Shown: piece after piece, positions 10,063 through 20,985 of the stretch
How positions within the stretch are numbered: position 1 is the first letter of the stretch
How the letters are laid out: each line of letters opens with the position of its first letter
From: Podarcis muralis
Lineage: Eukaryota
Length of the DNA stretch: 51,572 nt
Assembly (NCBI RefSeq): GCF_964188315.1
Contig: NC_135667.1
Span: 13,640,001 to 13,691,572, forward strand
Direction of reading: 5' to 3'
Notes under the pieces: model-generated
What the model saw: the letters and a program-made list of their open reading frames with translations, nothing else
The model's database searches: none
Told to the model about the DNA's origin: nothing
Made by a program: the position numbers and the translations under genes

Positions 10063-13000
10063 GTAAAGAATTGTGGATTTTTAAAATTTTATATATACAT
10101 AGATATTTTAAATGTTTTTTAAATCCTTCATGAGTATATGTCTGCATTTGATATGTGGTAATTTAAGAAGATGGTGATGATTCCGACTTTTCCTTCTCTG
10201 TACTTCAGATGTTTATGATGGGCTGGGGAAGTTCTCAAAATGCTTTGTGCAAGATCTGCCAACCTTAGGTTCATAATTTCAATATATAAGGCAGGTCTAA
10301 AACTAGCATTTATCCATTATAAGATTACAAGAGAGTAAAAACAGGATTGTTCACTTTCATTGCATTTAGGTTTTCAAGCTATTTCCCATGGAATACTTTG
10401 GATATAGAAAATCCATATTTGGCTTTTCTCAAACCTGCCACAAATGGTTAATCACTCATATTTGGAAGTGATCTTCTTATACGTTTTGGACAGTACTTGT
10501 ATGATTGGGTGATCAGGCACTGTCAACTCATTTAAGCAGACTACTACTATCACCATCATTATCATCAGTTGCAGTATGGTTATAGCTGCTTACTTTCTGC
10601 AAACAAAAAGTACATTCCTACATGAGATATGGCCCTAGGTCATATTCTGTTGTGGTATATCCACCAAGGGTCCACAGACCAATATGACATTGCACTGATA
10701 GATTTGTTTTCTCATTTCCAAACGGTTAGAGCAGGGGTCTGCAACCTTTAAGACAAAAAGAGCCACTTGGACCCGTTTCCGAAGGGGGAAAAAACTTGGA
10801 GCCGCAAAACCATTGCGACATTTAAAACAAATATAACTCTGCATATATTGTTTCTTACCTTAATGTCCGATCTGACAGTGGGCGGGAAGGTGACGTTGGG
10901 ACGGTGCGTGACTAATGCACGCACCACCCCCATGTGACGTCACAGCCAGTACAGCGCCCGCCACAGTGGGGAGTGTCGGGGCGCACAATGCGCCTCCTCC
11001 CCTCGCTAGTATCCGCCCCGGAGCCGCAGCAAAGGTGTAAAAGAGCCACATGCGGCTCTGGAGCCGCAGGTTGCAGACCCCTGGGTTAGAGTATAATAGT
11101 CATAATAGAGTCATAAAACAGTAACAAAAAACCTTCGGTGTTTGAGATTTCTCTCATGCATGCTACATATTTCAATGGATTAAATCCATAATCATTCAAT
11201 GGAGTTTGAATCCACATTCATTCATTCATTCATTCATTCATTCATTCATGCAAGTTTTGTGTGAATGTTGACATGTACATAATATAAACCCTTTTACTTT
11301 CTGAGATTTTCAGAAAACAATAGCAAGGGGAAAGGTGAGTGTTTTGCAAGCCTCTACTCATAAAGGTTGTAATTTGACAGCATTCAAAGCCATGCCAAGA
11401 GATGACTCTACAGGGAGTCACATCCCTACCTACCTGCCTACCTATCTGAAAAAACTTCCTTGGACTGTGGGCATATAATCTATTTCTCTAATCATGTTAT
11501 ACAATATGTTCCTCTCCTTACAGGCCAATGACACAACTCTACCAGCATATTCTGGCCTTGGCATTTGCTGTGAGGGAGATCAATGAAAACCCACATCTCC
11601 TTCCCAATATCACACTGGGCTTCCACATCTATAATAGCCATTTCATTGCCAGATGGATCTATCAAGCCTCACTAGCAGTTCTCTCCAGGAAAGGAAGATT
11701 CATCCCTAATTACAAGTGTGATGTTGAGGACACTCCCATAGCTGTCATTGGGGGATCAAACTCAGATTCATGTCTCCAGATGACCACCATCCTTTGTATG
11801 TACAAGATGCCCCAGGTAAGATGTGTTCATGGAGAATGGGCAGAGATGAGAATGTGTACACTCTTTTTTTTATATATAATTTTTTATTGGTTTTCCAAAC
11901 ACAAAATAAACACAAACAATACACAATACACAAACATACAAACATATAAACATGTATAATTTCATAACCTTTTTTTCATACTCCTTACTTCCCGGACTTC
12001 CCCATACCTCCCCTTTTCTGCATCCTTGTTTCACATTTCCTCAGCAACTCCTCCAATTAACTAATTATTGAATTCACTTTCATTAAATTCTTTTTTCTTT
12101 AACTTATTGATTACAGCTGCAGTTCTCTATTTCTTAGTTCCTTAACATCTTAACACACCTCAATTTTACAACAATTTTTAAGATATATTTTAAATTTCTT
12201 CCAGTCTTCTTCCACTGTCTCTTTCCCCTGGTCACGGATTCTGCCGGTCATCTCTGCCAGTCCCATATAGTCAATCACCTTCGTCTGCCATTCTTCCAGA
12301 GTGGGTAGTTCTTGTGTCTTCCAATACTTTGCCAGAAGAATTCTTGCTGCTGTAGTGGCATACATAAAAAACGTCCTATCCTTCCTTGACACCAATTGGC
12401 CGACCATGCCCAGGAGAAAAGCCTCTGGTTTCTTATGAAAGGTACATTTAAGGACCTTCTTAATTTCATTGTAGATCATTTCCCAAAAGGCTTTAATCTT
12501 CGGGCAGGTCCACCAAAGGTGATAAAAGGTACCTTCAGTCTCATTGCATTTCCAGCATTTATTATTGGGCAAATGGTAAATTTTTGCAAGCTTGACTGGG
12601 GTCATGTACCACCTGTAAATCATTTTCATTATGTTTTCTCTTAAGGCATTACATGCCGTAAACTTAACACCGGTGGTCCATAACTGTTCCCAGTCAGCAA
12701 ACATGATGTCATGACCAATGTCTTGTGCCCATTTAATCATAGCTGATTTCACCGTTTCATCCTGTGTATTCCATTTCAACAGCAAATTATACATTCTTGA
12801 CAAGTTCTTAGTATTGGGTTCTAACAGTTCTGTTTCTAATTTTGACCTCTCCATCTGGAAGCCTATTTTCCTGTCCTGTTTAAATATCTCATTTATCTGA
12901 AGGTAATGCAACCAGTCTCGTACTTTGGACTTTAATTTCTCATAACTCTGTAATTTAACTTTTTCACCATCTTGTTCTAAAATTTCACAGTATTTTGGCC

Positions 13001-16000
13001 ATTTAGGCTCCATATTAAGTTTTTTCACCTCTTTGGCTTCCATTGGTGACAACCACCTGGGAGTTTTACTTTCCAATAAATCTTTATACCGTATCCAAAC
13101 ATTATATAATGCTTTCCTAACAATATGGTTTTTGAAACCTTTATGCAATTTTACCTTGTCATACCATATATATGCATGCCAGCCAAATCTATTGTCAAAC
13201 CCTTCCAGATCCAAAATGTCTGTATTCTCAAGAAGCAGCCAATGTTTCAACCAGCAGAAAGCTGCCGATTCATAGTAGAGTCTTAAGTCCGGCAGGGCAA
13301 ACCCCCCTCTATCTTTTGCATCAGTTAAAATCTTAAATTTAATTCTGGGCTTTTTGCCCTGCCAGACAAATTTAGATATGTACACTCGTCTTTGATGACA
13401 TCCTTTCAGCTTGAATGTTGGTATTTAAACAGTTGTGTACTTAAAAAATGGAGGTGTGCCATAGACCTCAAGGACAAAACAATTGTGGCCTCAAGAAAAT
13501 GGAGATTTTTGATATTGCCTGGAGCAGTTTTTGATACTGCCTGAAGTGGTGATAGGTCATAGCACAATTTGTTACCACTTTTCTTTTCCATTTTATCTCA
13601 CCATTTGCTGCCCTTACTTTTAGCTCATCTACGGCTCTTCTCCCATGATGGAAAACAATGTACAAACTCTTTTCTCCCACTGGATGTTCCCAGATGGGAC
13701 TCATCAGTACAATGGGATACTCCAACTTCTCCTGCATTTCAGTTGGATGTGGATTGGGGTGGTTTCACAGAATGATGATGCTGGAGAGCGATTTGTACAA
13801 AATGTCCTTCCCCTGTTTGCCCAGAGGGGTATCTGCTTTGATTTTATAGGAAGATTTCCTAAACTTAAGTTTTCTGGAGAGCTCAGTGAAATGGTGGCTG
13901 ATGGTTCTGAAACAATACGTGTTGTTATGGGAAGCACTGCCAATGTTGTGGTTGTTCATGGTGAGATTCATACCATTTTGATAATGAGAACGATGCCAAA
14001 GGTTGCAGAAACGGATGATATACCAATGCATGCCACATCAAAAGTCTGGATAATGACTGCGCAGATGGAATTCACCTCATTCCCCATTCAGAGGGGCTGG
14101 GAAATTGATTTCCTCCATGGTGCTCTCTCCTTGGCAGTTTCCTCAAAGGAACTTGCAGGATTCCAGAAATTTGTTCAAATGAGAAACCCTGCCTCAGAAA
14201 GAGAAGACAGCTTTCTCCAGCTTTTTTGGGAACAGGCATTCATCTGTTCTTTCTCCAATGCTTCATTAAATAAGGAACTTGAGGAATCGTGCACTGGGGA
14301 AGAGAAGGTTGACAGCCTTCCTGGTTCTGTTTTTGAAATGAGCATGACTGCCCAAAGCTACAGTGTCTACAATGCTCTATATACTGTGGCACATGCTTTG
14401 CATGCCATGCAATGCTCCACGTTCAAAATTAGAGCAATGGCAAATGGAATGAAATTGGACTGTCTGAAGCAACAAATATGGCCGGTAAAATTCTGATCCC
14501 ATTAATGCAAATGTCATACAGTGGTGCCTCGCAAGACGGAATTAATTCGTTCCGCGAGTTTTGTCGTCTTGCGATTTTTTTTGTCTTGTGAAGCACGGTG
14601 TCGGGAAAGTTTTGGAAAAGCTTCAAAAATCACCAAAGTCTTTTAAAAACCTCAAAAAAGGCTACCACACCGCGTTCTATGAGTTGCTCCTCGAAGTCAA
14701 GTCGCAACTGTGTTAACGGTGTTAAGAAAAAGGAAACAAACTTGCAAGACGTTTCCGTCTTGCGAAGCAAGCCCATAGGGAAAATCGTCTTGCGAAGCAG
14801 CTCAAAAAACAAAAAACCCTTTCGTCTAGCGAGTTTTTTGTCTTGCGAGGTATTTGTCTTGCGAGGTACCACTGTATTCTAGCAGTCTGCTAAAAGTGGC
14901 CCCTAGTTTTGCAGTTCTTTTGTTGCTGAGAAAATTTAATTGCATCTAACTTAATGGATGGAATATTGTATTTATTCTGAAGTGCGATTCCTATTCTTAT
15001 TGCCACTTTGTCTGATTAGGTTGTTATGAATTCAGCAGGTAATTTTTCACATGCAACCCTTACACCCCTTTTTTGGAAGTTTTGCTACTGACCCTAGTTG
15101 ATTTCAGAATTTGAACCCCCAGTATTAAAATTGACAAAGTTTTGCATTCCCTAGATTGTATCCTCTGAGGCTGAGCACATTTATTACTACTGAGGGCAGT
15201 CATCATATATGCTAGGAACTAAAGGTTTGTCTCACTGTGAATGCCCCAGAATGACTCCTTTAATTTTTGTACATTCCAGTTTGTCCAAATCTACTTAAAC
15301 GGTTTTCTAGTTCCTCCAGTATGAGTCACTTGTTCCTTCATTTCTCTCCACTGCCTTTCTCAGTGTCCCACAACAGGAAGGACACCAGACTACTGCCTTT
15401 CCCCTTTTGCTCTTCTGTTGCCTTCTGATTTTATCCAAACACCTGGATCAAGGCCTGAGAGGTTGACCTCCCTCCTCCTCCTCACTCTCACCGAACCCAG
15501 ACTCAGACCACTGCTTATCTGCTGATTGCCTAGCAATGCTTTGACTGCCTTCCAACTCTTCCTCTCCTTGATAGCTAATAGAGTCTTCTCTAAAAAGGGG
15601 GGTCAAACTGCCCTTTTTTGATTCTGACAGGCAGTTCTCATCTGCAAAGTTGGTCCCTAAGTCAATCTTTGAGTCTAACTCATCCCCGACACTCTGGGGG
15701 GCCACGTTCCTAACACCTCTTCACTGAGCTGAAACACTATCCAACATCACAAACCAGCAGATAAATCAAAAGACACATCAGTACCTGCCCCACAGTGCAC
15801 ATCACATTGGAAATTAGTTTTGGGCCCATAGGTATGCTTTAGGAGAACTGGCCTAGGGTAAAGTGGCCTGGAGAGAACATATGTTAACAAACACCTCTGT
15901 ATTTGTTGATGGCAGTGGATTCGAAGCGAGTTGGCAGACTGAAACTTAATTGGGACAAGACCAATGCAAGGCATGAAACTATTATCTTCTTTTATTTATG

Positions 16001-19000
16001 TACAGATGCCATCTCTTTGTGTGTTTAATGAGAATTGCCATTTAGGTTAGCCCAATTGGTCAGTTGATATAGTTTAAATAAATTATAAACCAAAGGTCTC
16101 AGAGGTCAACTGTAATCTTAATTATCTAATAAGGAATCCTTTTGTAGATCTTCATTATGGTTCCCCACCCGCAATTTAGCTCCAACACTTTCTGAGAAGT
16201 ATCTCCTTCAACAATAGTGCCGGAGAAGAGATTTCCTTTGACCGAAAGGGAGCATTAGTAGCTGGCTTTGATATTATCAACTGGGTCACATTCCCAAATG
16301 AGTCCTTTCTTAGAGTCAAAGTTGGAAAAATGTACCCACAGATTCCTCAAGAAAAGGGGCTCAGAATTCATAATGAGGCCATCGTATGGCCCAGCAACTT
16401 CAACCAGGTAAATTCCATTTTATAGTATCTTCCTTCCTTTGCTCAGTGTTAAATCTGATGTCTCCTCAGGTCTTGGCTAGACATGGTTAGATGATCCATT
16501 GCCATTGCACTTATCTGGAGCCATTTCACCAACCTAAATAACTCTCCAAAGCAGTTATTGCAAACATGGCAGGGAACATTGGGAGATGAACACACAGCTG
16601 AAAACCTCTGGGAACATGAACTTATGCACTGAAATGCATATTGAATCAGAATAATTAAGTCAAATAATGATGGAATCACTACTATGTTTGTAATATCCTT
16701 CAAAGAGTAATCCTTAAAAATTAGCAGACATAGAGCATGCCTATAATTGGAGGACCTCCAGTGTTCTGGAAAAAGTTCAAGAAATATTACTTGAAGACAA
16801 TGCTATTACATAAGACAATGCTCACAGGAACGCAACATCCAAACTAATATGTTTAGAACCTGACCAAGCAAAGGTCACCATTGAAAACAAATATTAATGC
16901 AATACACAAAATAAAAATAAATTGAAATCACAGAAAGTCATTGGGCGACCTGGCAGCGACAGCTCCAGCCCCCAGGGATCTCCAGGAAGGAATAAAGACT
17001 CTGTTAACCTGTTATGGAATTAAAATTTGGCCACAACTTTATTAAACTTTCAAATGTAGGAAGACCTTGGCTTAAGTATTGTGCGTGTATCCCTCCCAGC
17101 CCCGCAGCAGGGGGAACTGGGGCTCGTTAGGGTAAATGGGATATGGGGGTGCACTGCGAGACGTATGTGCACGCAGGCAGCCCATGCCATATCCCCACAC
17201 ACAGGGTAGTTCATTGACAACCTTTCAGTGTATGGCCAGTGAAGAAGGGACCCTGGAATCACCGCCACGGGGGGGGGGGGCTGAGTCACCACTTCACACC
17301 CGCCCCCCATTATAGGGAAGAAAAGACTAAAGGATTCCACCCAAGGCCTTAAACCGCCAAAGTTGTGACAAATTGCTACGGGGAAGGGAAAAACCTGTCA
17401 ATATAGGAAAATTTCTTCCCAGTTTGTCAACAACAACCAGTCAATAGACTGTAGCAGTGCCCGCTAAACAGGATGAAAAATGGTTAACCGGCAAACAAGA
17501 AACATTAAACAAAGGGAGGGTAGGGAAGGTAAATCTCTTGGCTGGCTGCAGCCGGCTCCACCCCCTATTTATAAAACTGGCCCCACCTCCCAGCAGTGTA
17601 ACTTGACTACTGAGGCTTGGCGTGAGCCTCCAAAGAATAACACTGAGAGGCAGGCCAGTCCCTAGTTGCCAGTAAGTTCCCTGGTAACAGAAGCACCGTG
17701 TGTGATCTCGCAAAGGGCACCCACAATGTAAAGTGTGAGCGCTCAGTCTCTCATTTCAGCTCCCCTCTCCCTGCCTTAGAAAACTTCCTATCCAGACTCT
17801 ATTTTGATTGACCAGTTCAGTTTGATTTGCAGATCCTCTGGGCTGTTATATTTGATAGATATGACCTTCCTCTCAAAATATGGTGTTCTCTGTCTTCTTT
17901 GAGCTGTATTGGTAAAGGCAGTGTTCCCATTGATAATTCATTCTGACCTGCAGCTACATAAAATGAATTTTCAAATATGATTGTCCTATTTCTAAACTGT
18001 GTATTTCACCACCTTTGCTGTGCCAGGGAGATGCACTCCCTGAAACTATTATCTTCTTTTATTTATGTACAGACACCACCTCCTTCTGTGTGCAATGAGA
18101 ATTGTCATTTAGGTTACAGTCGGACCAAGAAGGAAGGGAAGCCTTCTTGCTGCTACGATTGTCTTCCATGTCCAGAAGGGAAGATCACAAACCAGAAGGG
18201 TAGGATATAAACTGTGAACCCTTCAAAAGCTATATCAGGATCTTGTTTGATATCACCACTGAGATTTGTATTTGGTGTATAAATCTGAATAGCATGGGAG
18301 GGATATATACAATGACTCAATCCTCCAACCGTTTAGTTAACAGCCATATGCATTAACCCATTGCGCCAGAGGAGGGTTTTTTAAATAAAGCCAATTTCCA
18401 GATAATTCCTACACAATATATTTTTCTTAATTGTCTCTATAAGCTTGGCAGGAAAAAAGAGTTTTCCGATGTCTAAGTTTACTATAGAAGATGCCTTCTG
18501 GTTCATTATTGAAAAAAATATTCCAAAGGAGTGGGTCCATTAACAATAAAGACTTGGTCCCAATACCTCAAGAAAAGCAAACCACCTATAGATTACCTCA
18601 AACATCATGCTAGAAAAGAAGCGTAAGGGCTGTTCCTTTAATATCCTTGACCCAGTTGAGGGCTCTGCAAATTAGTACAGGGACCGTGAATCTGGCTTGG
18701 TGATAGAGGACTACCCAGTGTTGGCATGCTATCAAAGGTCTCATGTGTTGCCAACTATGTACCACCATTAACAGAGGTCAGGCTATCACACTCCCTCAGA
18801 ATGGAAATAGTTGGCAAACCAGCTAGCCAGATAGTGGATGTTAGGAATAAAACCTCAGACCTGTAGACTGCTACCCTCTTGACAATGGCCCAGGATGTGG
18901 ATTGCTTGGCAATCAAAGCTGAATATGAGGATATCTCTTTTACAACTGTTGTCGTCATCATAATTCAAGGCTCTACAGTACATAAATTCTGCCAAGCATC

Positions 19001-19959
19001 GCCGAATGGATTTCCATGTATTTAATTCTGTCTTGTCTTTTTCAGACATGGATGTTTGCTTTGAATGTCCTGGGAACCAATATCCAAACCATTTCCGGGA
19101 TGGATGCCTTCCAAAACGAATAACTTTCTTGTCTTATGGAGAACCTTTGGGCATAATTTTGTCCTCTTTGGCTCTCTCCTTTTCTCTCCTCACTGCTTTG
19201 GTTCTTGGAATATTCCTGAAGTACATGGATACTCCCATAGTCAAGGCCAACAACCGGAACCTCACCTACACTCTCCTCATCTCCCTCTTGCTTTCCTTCC
19301 TTTGTGTTTTGCTATTCATTGGCCAGCCTGGAGCACTGACATGCCTCCTGCGACAAAGTGCTTTTGGTATGATCTTCTCTGTGGCAGTTTCTTGCATATT
19401 GGCCAAAACCATCATTGTGGTTCTGGCTTTTGTGGCCACCAAGCCAGGATCCAAGATGAGGAGATGGGTAGGGAAACCATTGTCCAACACCATTGTCCTT
19501 TCCTGCTTTCTTATTCAAGCCACCATTTGTACTGTGTGGTTGGCAACTTCTCCCCCGTTCCCTGATTTAGACATGCATACAATGATCCAAGAAATGGTTC
19601 TGCTCTGTAATGAGGGGTCAGTCCTTATGTTTTATTTTGTGTTGGGCTACATGGGCTTCTTGGCTTCTGTCAGCTTTATTGTGGCTTTTCTTGCTCGAAG
19701 GTTGCCTGACAGCTTTAATGAAGCCAAGTTCATTACATTCAGCATGCTGGTCTTTTGCAGTGTTTGGCTGTCCTTTGTCCCAACCTACCTGAGCACAAAA
19801 GGAAAATACATGGTGGCTGTGGAGATCTTCTCCATCTTGGCCTCCAGTTTGGGCTTACTGGGGTGCATCTTTTCCCCCAAATGCTATATCATTTTACTGA
19901 GGCCTGAACTGAATACCAAGGGACAGTTAATTAGAAAAACAAAGAATCAGTCTAGCTGA
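9884..19959 (+). CDS. V2R-2: vomeronasal type-2 receptor, 6 exons, 866 aa, intact ORF
   Basis: join(9884-10062,11524-11815,13624-14484,16180-16407,18073-18199,19046-19959) = 2601 nt; phases consistent, GT-AG introns, no internal stop. Confidence 0.9.
10732..11083. mobile_element. hAT (Charlie-like) MITE
   Basis: Perfect 16-bp TIR caggggtctgcaacct/aggttgcagacccctg; 8-bp TSD ggttagag (10724-10731, 11084-11091); empty site in V2R-3 near 21868. Confidence 0.9.
11213..11248. repeat. (CATT)n microsatellite
   Basis: Tandem CATT run; shorter versions at about 325 and 22000. Confidence 0.9.
11524..11815 (+). CDS. V2R-2 exon 2
   Basis: cttacag|G CCA ATG...CAG|gtaaga; 292 nt. Confidence 0.9.
11864..13378 (-). 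mobile_element. 5'-truncated L1 LINE (ORF2 C-terminus, 3'UTR, A-rich tail) in V2R-2 intron 2
   Basis: Uninterrupted ~410-codon minus ORF with CWKC...HLWWTC zinc knuckle; AATAAA and A-rich tail; TSD tgtacactc (11855-11863, 13379-13387); empty site at about 22992-23000. Confidence 0.9.
13624..14484 (+). CDS. V2R-2 exon 3
   Basis: tttag|CTC ATC TAC...TGG CCG|gtaaaa; 861 nt, open. Confidence 0.88.
14519..14874. mobile_element. Tc1/mariner (Tigger/pogo-like) MITE
   Basis: TA|cagtggtgcctcgcaagac...gtcttgcgaggtaccactg|TA; V2R-1 has the empty site (tcaTAttctagca, about 2465-2477). Confidence 0.88.
15364..15691 (-). mobile_element. Solo-LTR-like insertion
   Basis: TGTC...GACA termini; flanks ctcag/ctctg; absent from both paralogs and coincides with loss of about 250 bp of flanking intron. 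Confidence 0.4.
16180..16407 (+). CDS. V2R-2 exon 4
   Basis: aatttag|CTC CAA...AAC CAG|gtaaat; 228 nt, open, Trp retained. Confidence 0.9.
16925..17725 (-). mobile_element. CpG-rich LTR-like element in V2R-2 intron 4
   Basis: Minus-strand TATAAATA (17566-17573) followed by AATAAA (17038-17043); not homologous to paralog introns; termini not resolved. Confidence 0.4.
18073..18199 (+). CDS. V2R-2 exon 5
   Basis: tgtacag|ACA...AAG G|gtagga; 127 nt; cysteine-rich domain. Confidence 0.9.
19046..19959 (+). CDS. V2R-2 exon 6 (7TM)
   Basis: tttcag|AC ATG...TGA; 914 nt; class C 7TM motifs. Confidence 0.92.
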
Positions 19960-20806
19960 CAGAAAAATACAAAATGAGAACACAAAGATCACCCCTTACA
20001 CATTTTTAATCTTTCTCAGTTGCAATATAATAAAGCATGTTTTTATTTCTTTGCTTTCAGCCTTTTAATATTGCACACAGGTCACATTCTAGATTTAAAT
20101 TTCCACCAGCAAATAAATCACTTCAGTTGTAATCTATAACAGTCTCAAAAGTAATTAATGAAAGGGAGGTTTTACCTATGGCTGACCCCCAGTACTTTTA
20201 TGTACTGTTTGGGCGTGATGGAGGTTCCTCTGCTGTGGGTCAGTCACCCCCATCTGGTTCACCCAATATAGCTTTCCCAGGGAATGAAAGGTGCATCCCT
20301 GTTCTCTCTGTTTTCCCAGACAGAATGTGATAACCAACATGGCCTGGCTATCATTTTTCACCACATTATTATCTCTGTTGAAAGACTGTTGACAGGAGAT
20401 GTTTAGTCCACCCTCTTCTTCTTTGGAAATCCTGCTAAGACCCAGTATAACTTTTCCTCCCTACTAAGTAAGACCAGCTGAGACTTTGGCTATGATAAGA
20501 AAAACATGATTTTCTTATGAAATCTGATAGAAAACCTACAATTCAGAACTGATCATTAGCTCCCGTCCCATCTGATTATCAAATTAATCATAATCACTGC
20601 TGCTGCTTCTCCTCATCCCAGGTGTGTTTCAGAAGCCACATAAACCCGATGAACTAAAAGTGGAGGACACAATGAACAGCCCCTGTGCCCTTCAGAGCAC
20701 ATGCTAGATCCAAGGCTCTCTCAGACTGGTCACTGATTTCTTTACACAGAGCAGATCCATTTTTTGTGAGCATTCCAGTGAGACTTTCTGAAGCAAGAAC
20801 ATTTGA

Positions 20807-20985
20807 ATGATAATGTGCAGGTTTCCTATTGCTCTATGTTCTATTAGGGATCCACTTCCAATTCTTCACCAATACTATCAATCTGGGGACTTCATCATTG
20901 GTGGCATTATGTCTCAAATCTATATAGCTTCAAGTATCTTAAACTTCCGCAAACTTCCCTCTCCTGAACTATTTGATGACATATT
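20807..20985 (+). CDS. V2R-3 exon 1
   Basis: [28 protein letters not shown]...; ends TT|gtaagg. Start codon uncertain. Confidence 0.75.

Noticed and set aside
12150-13385. 411-aa ORF as a host gene
   Set aside because: It is an L1 ORF2 fragment bounded by a TSD; its apparent start is a GTG inside the TSD.
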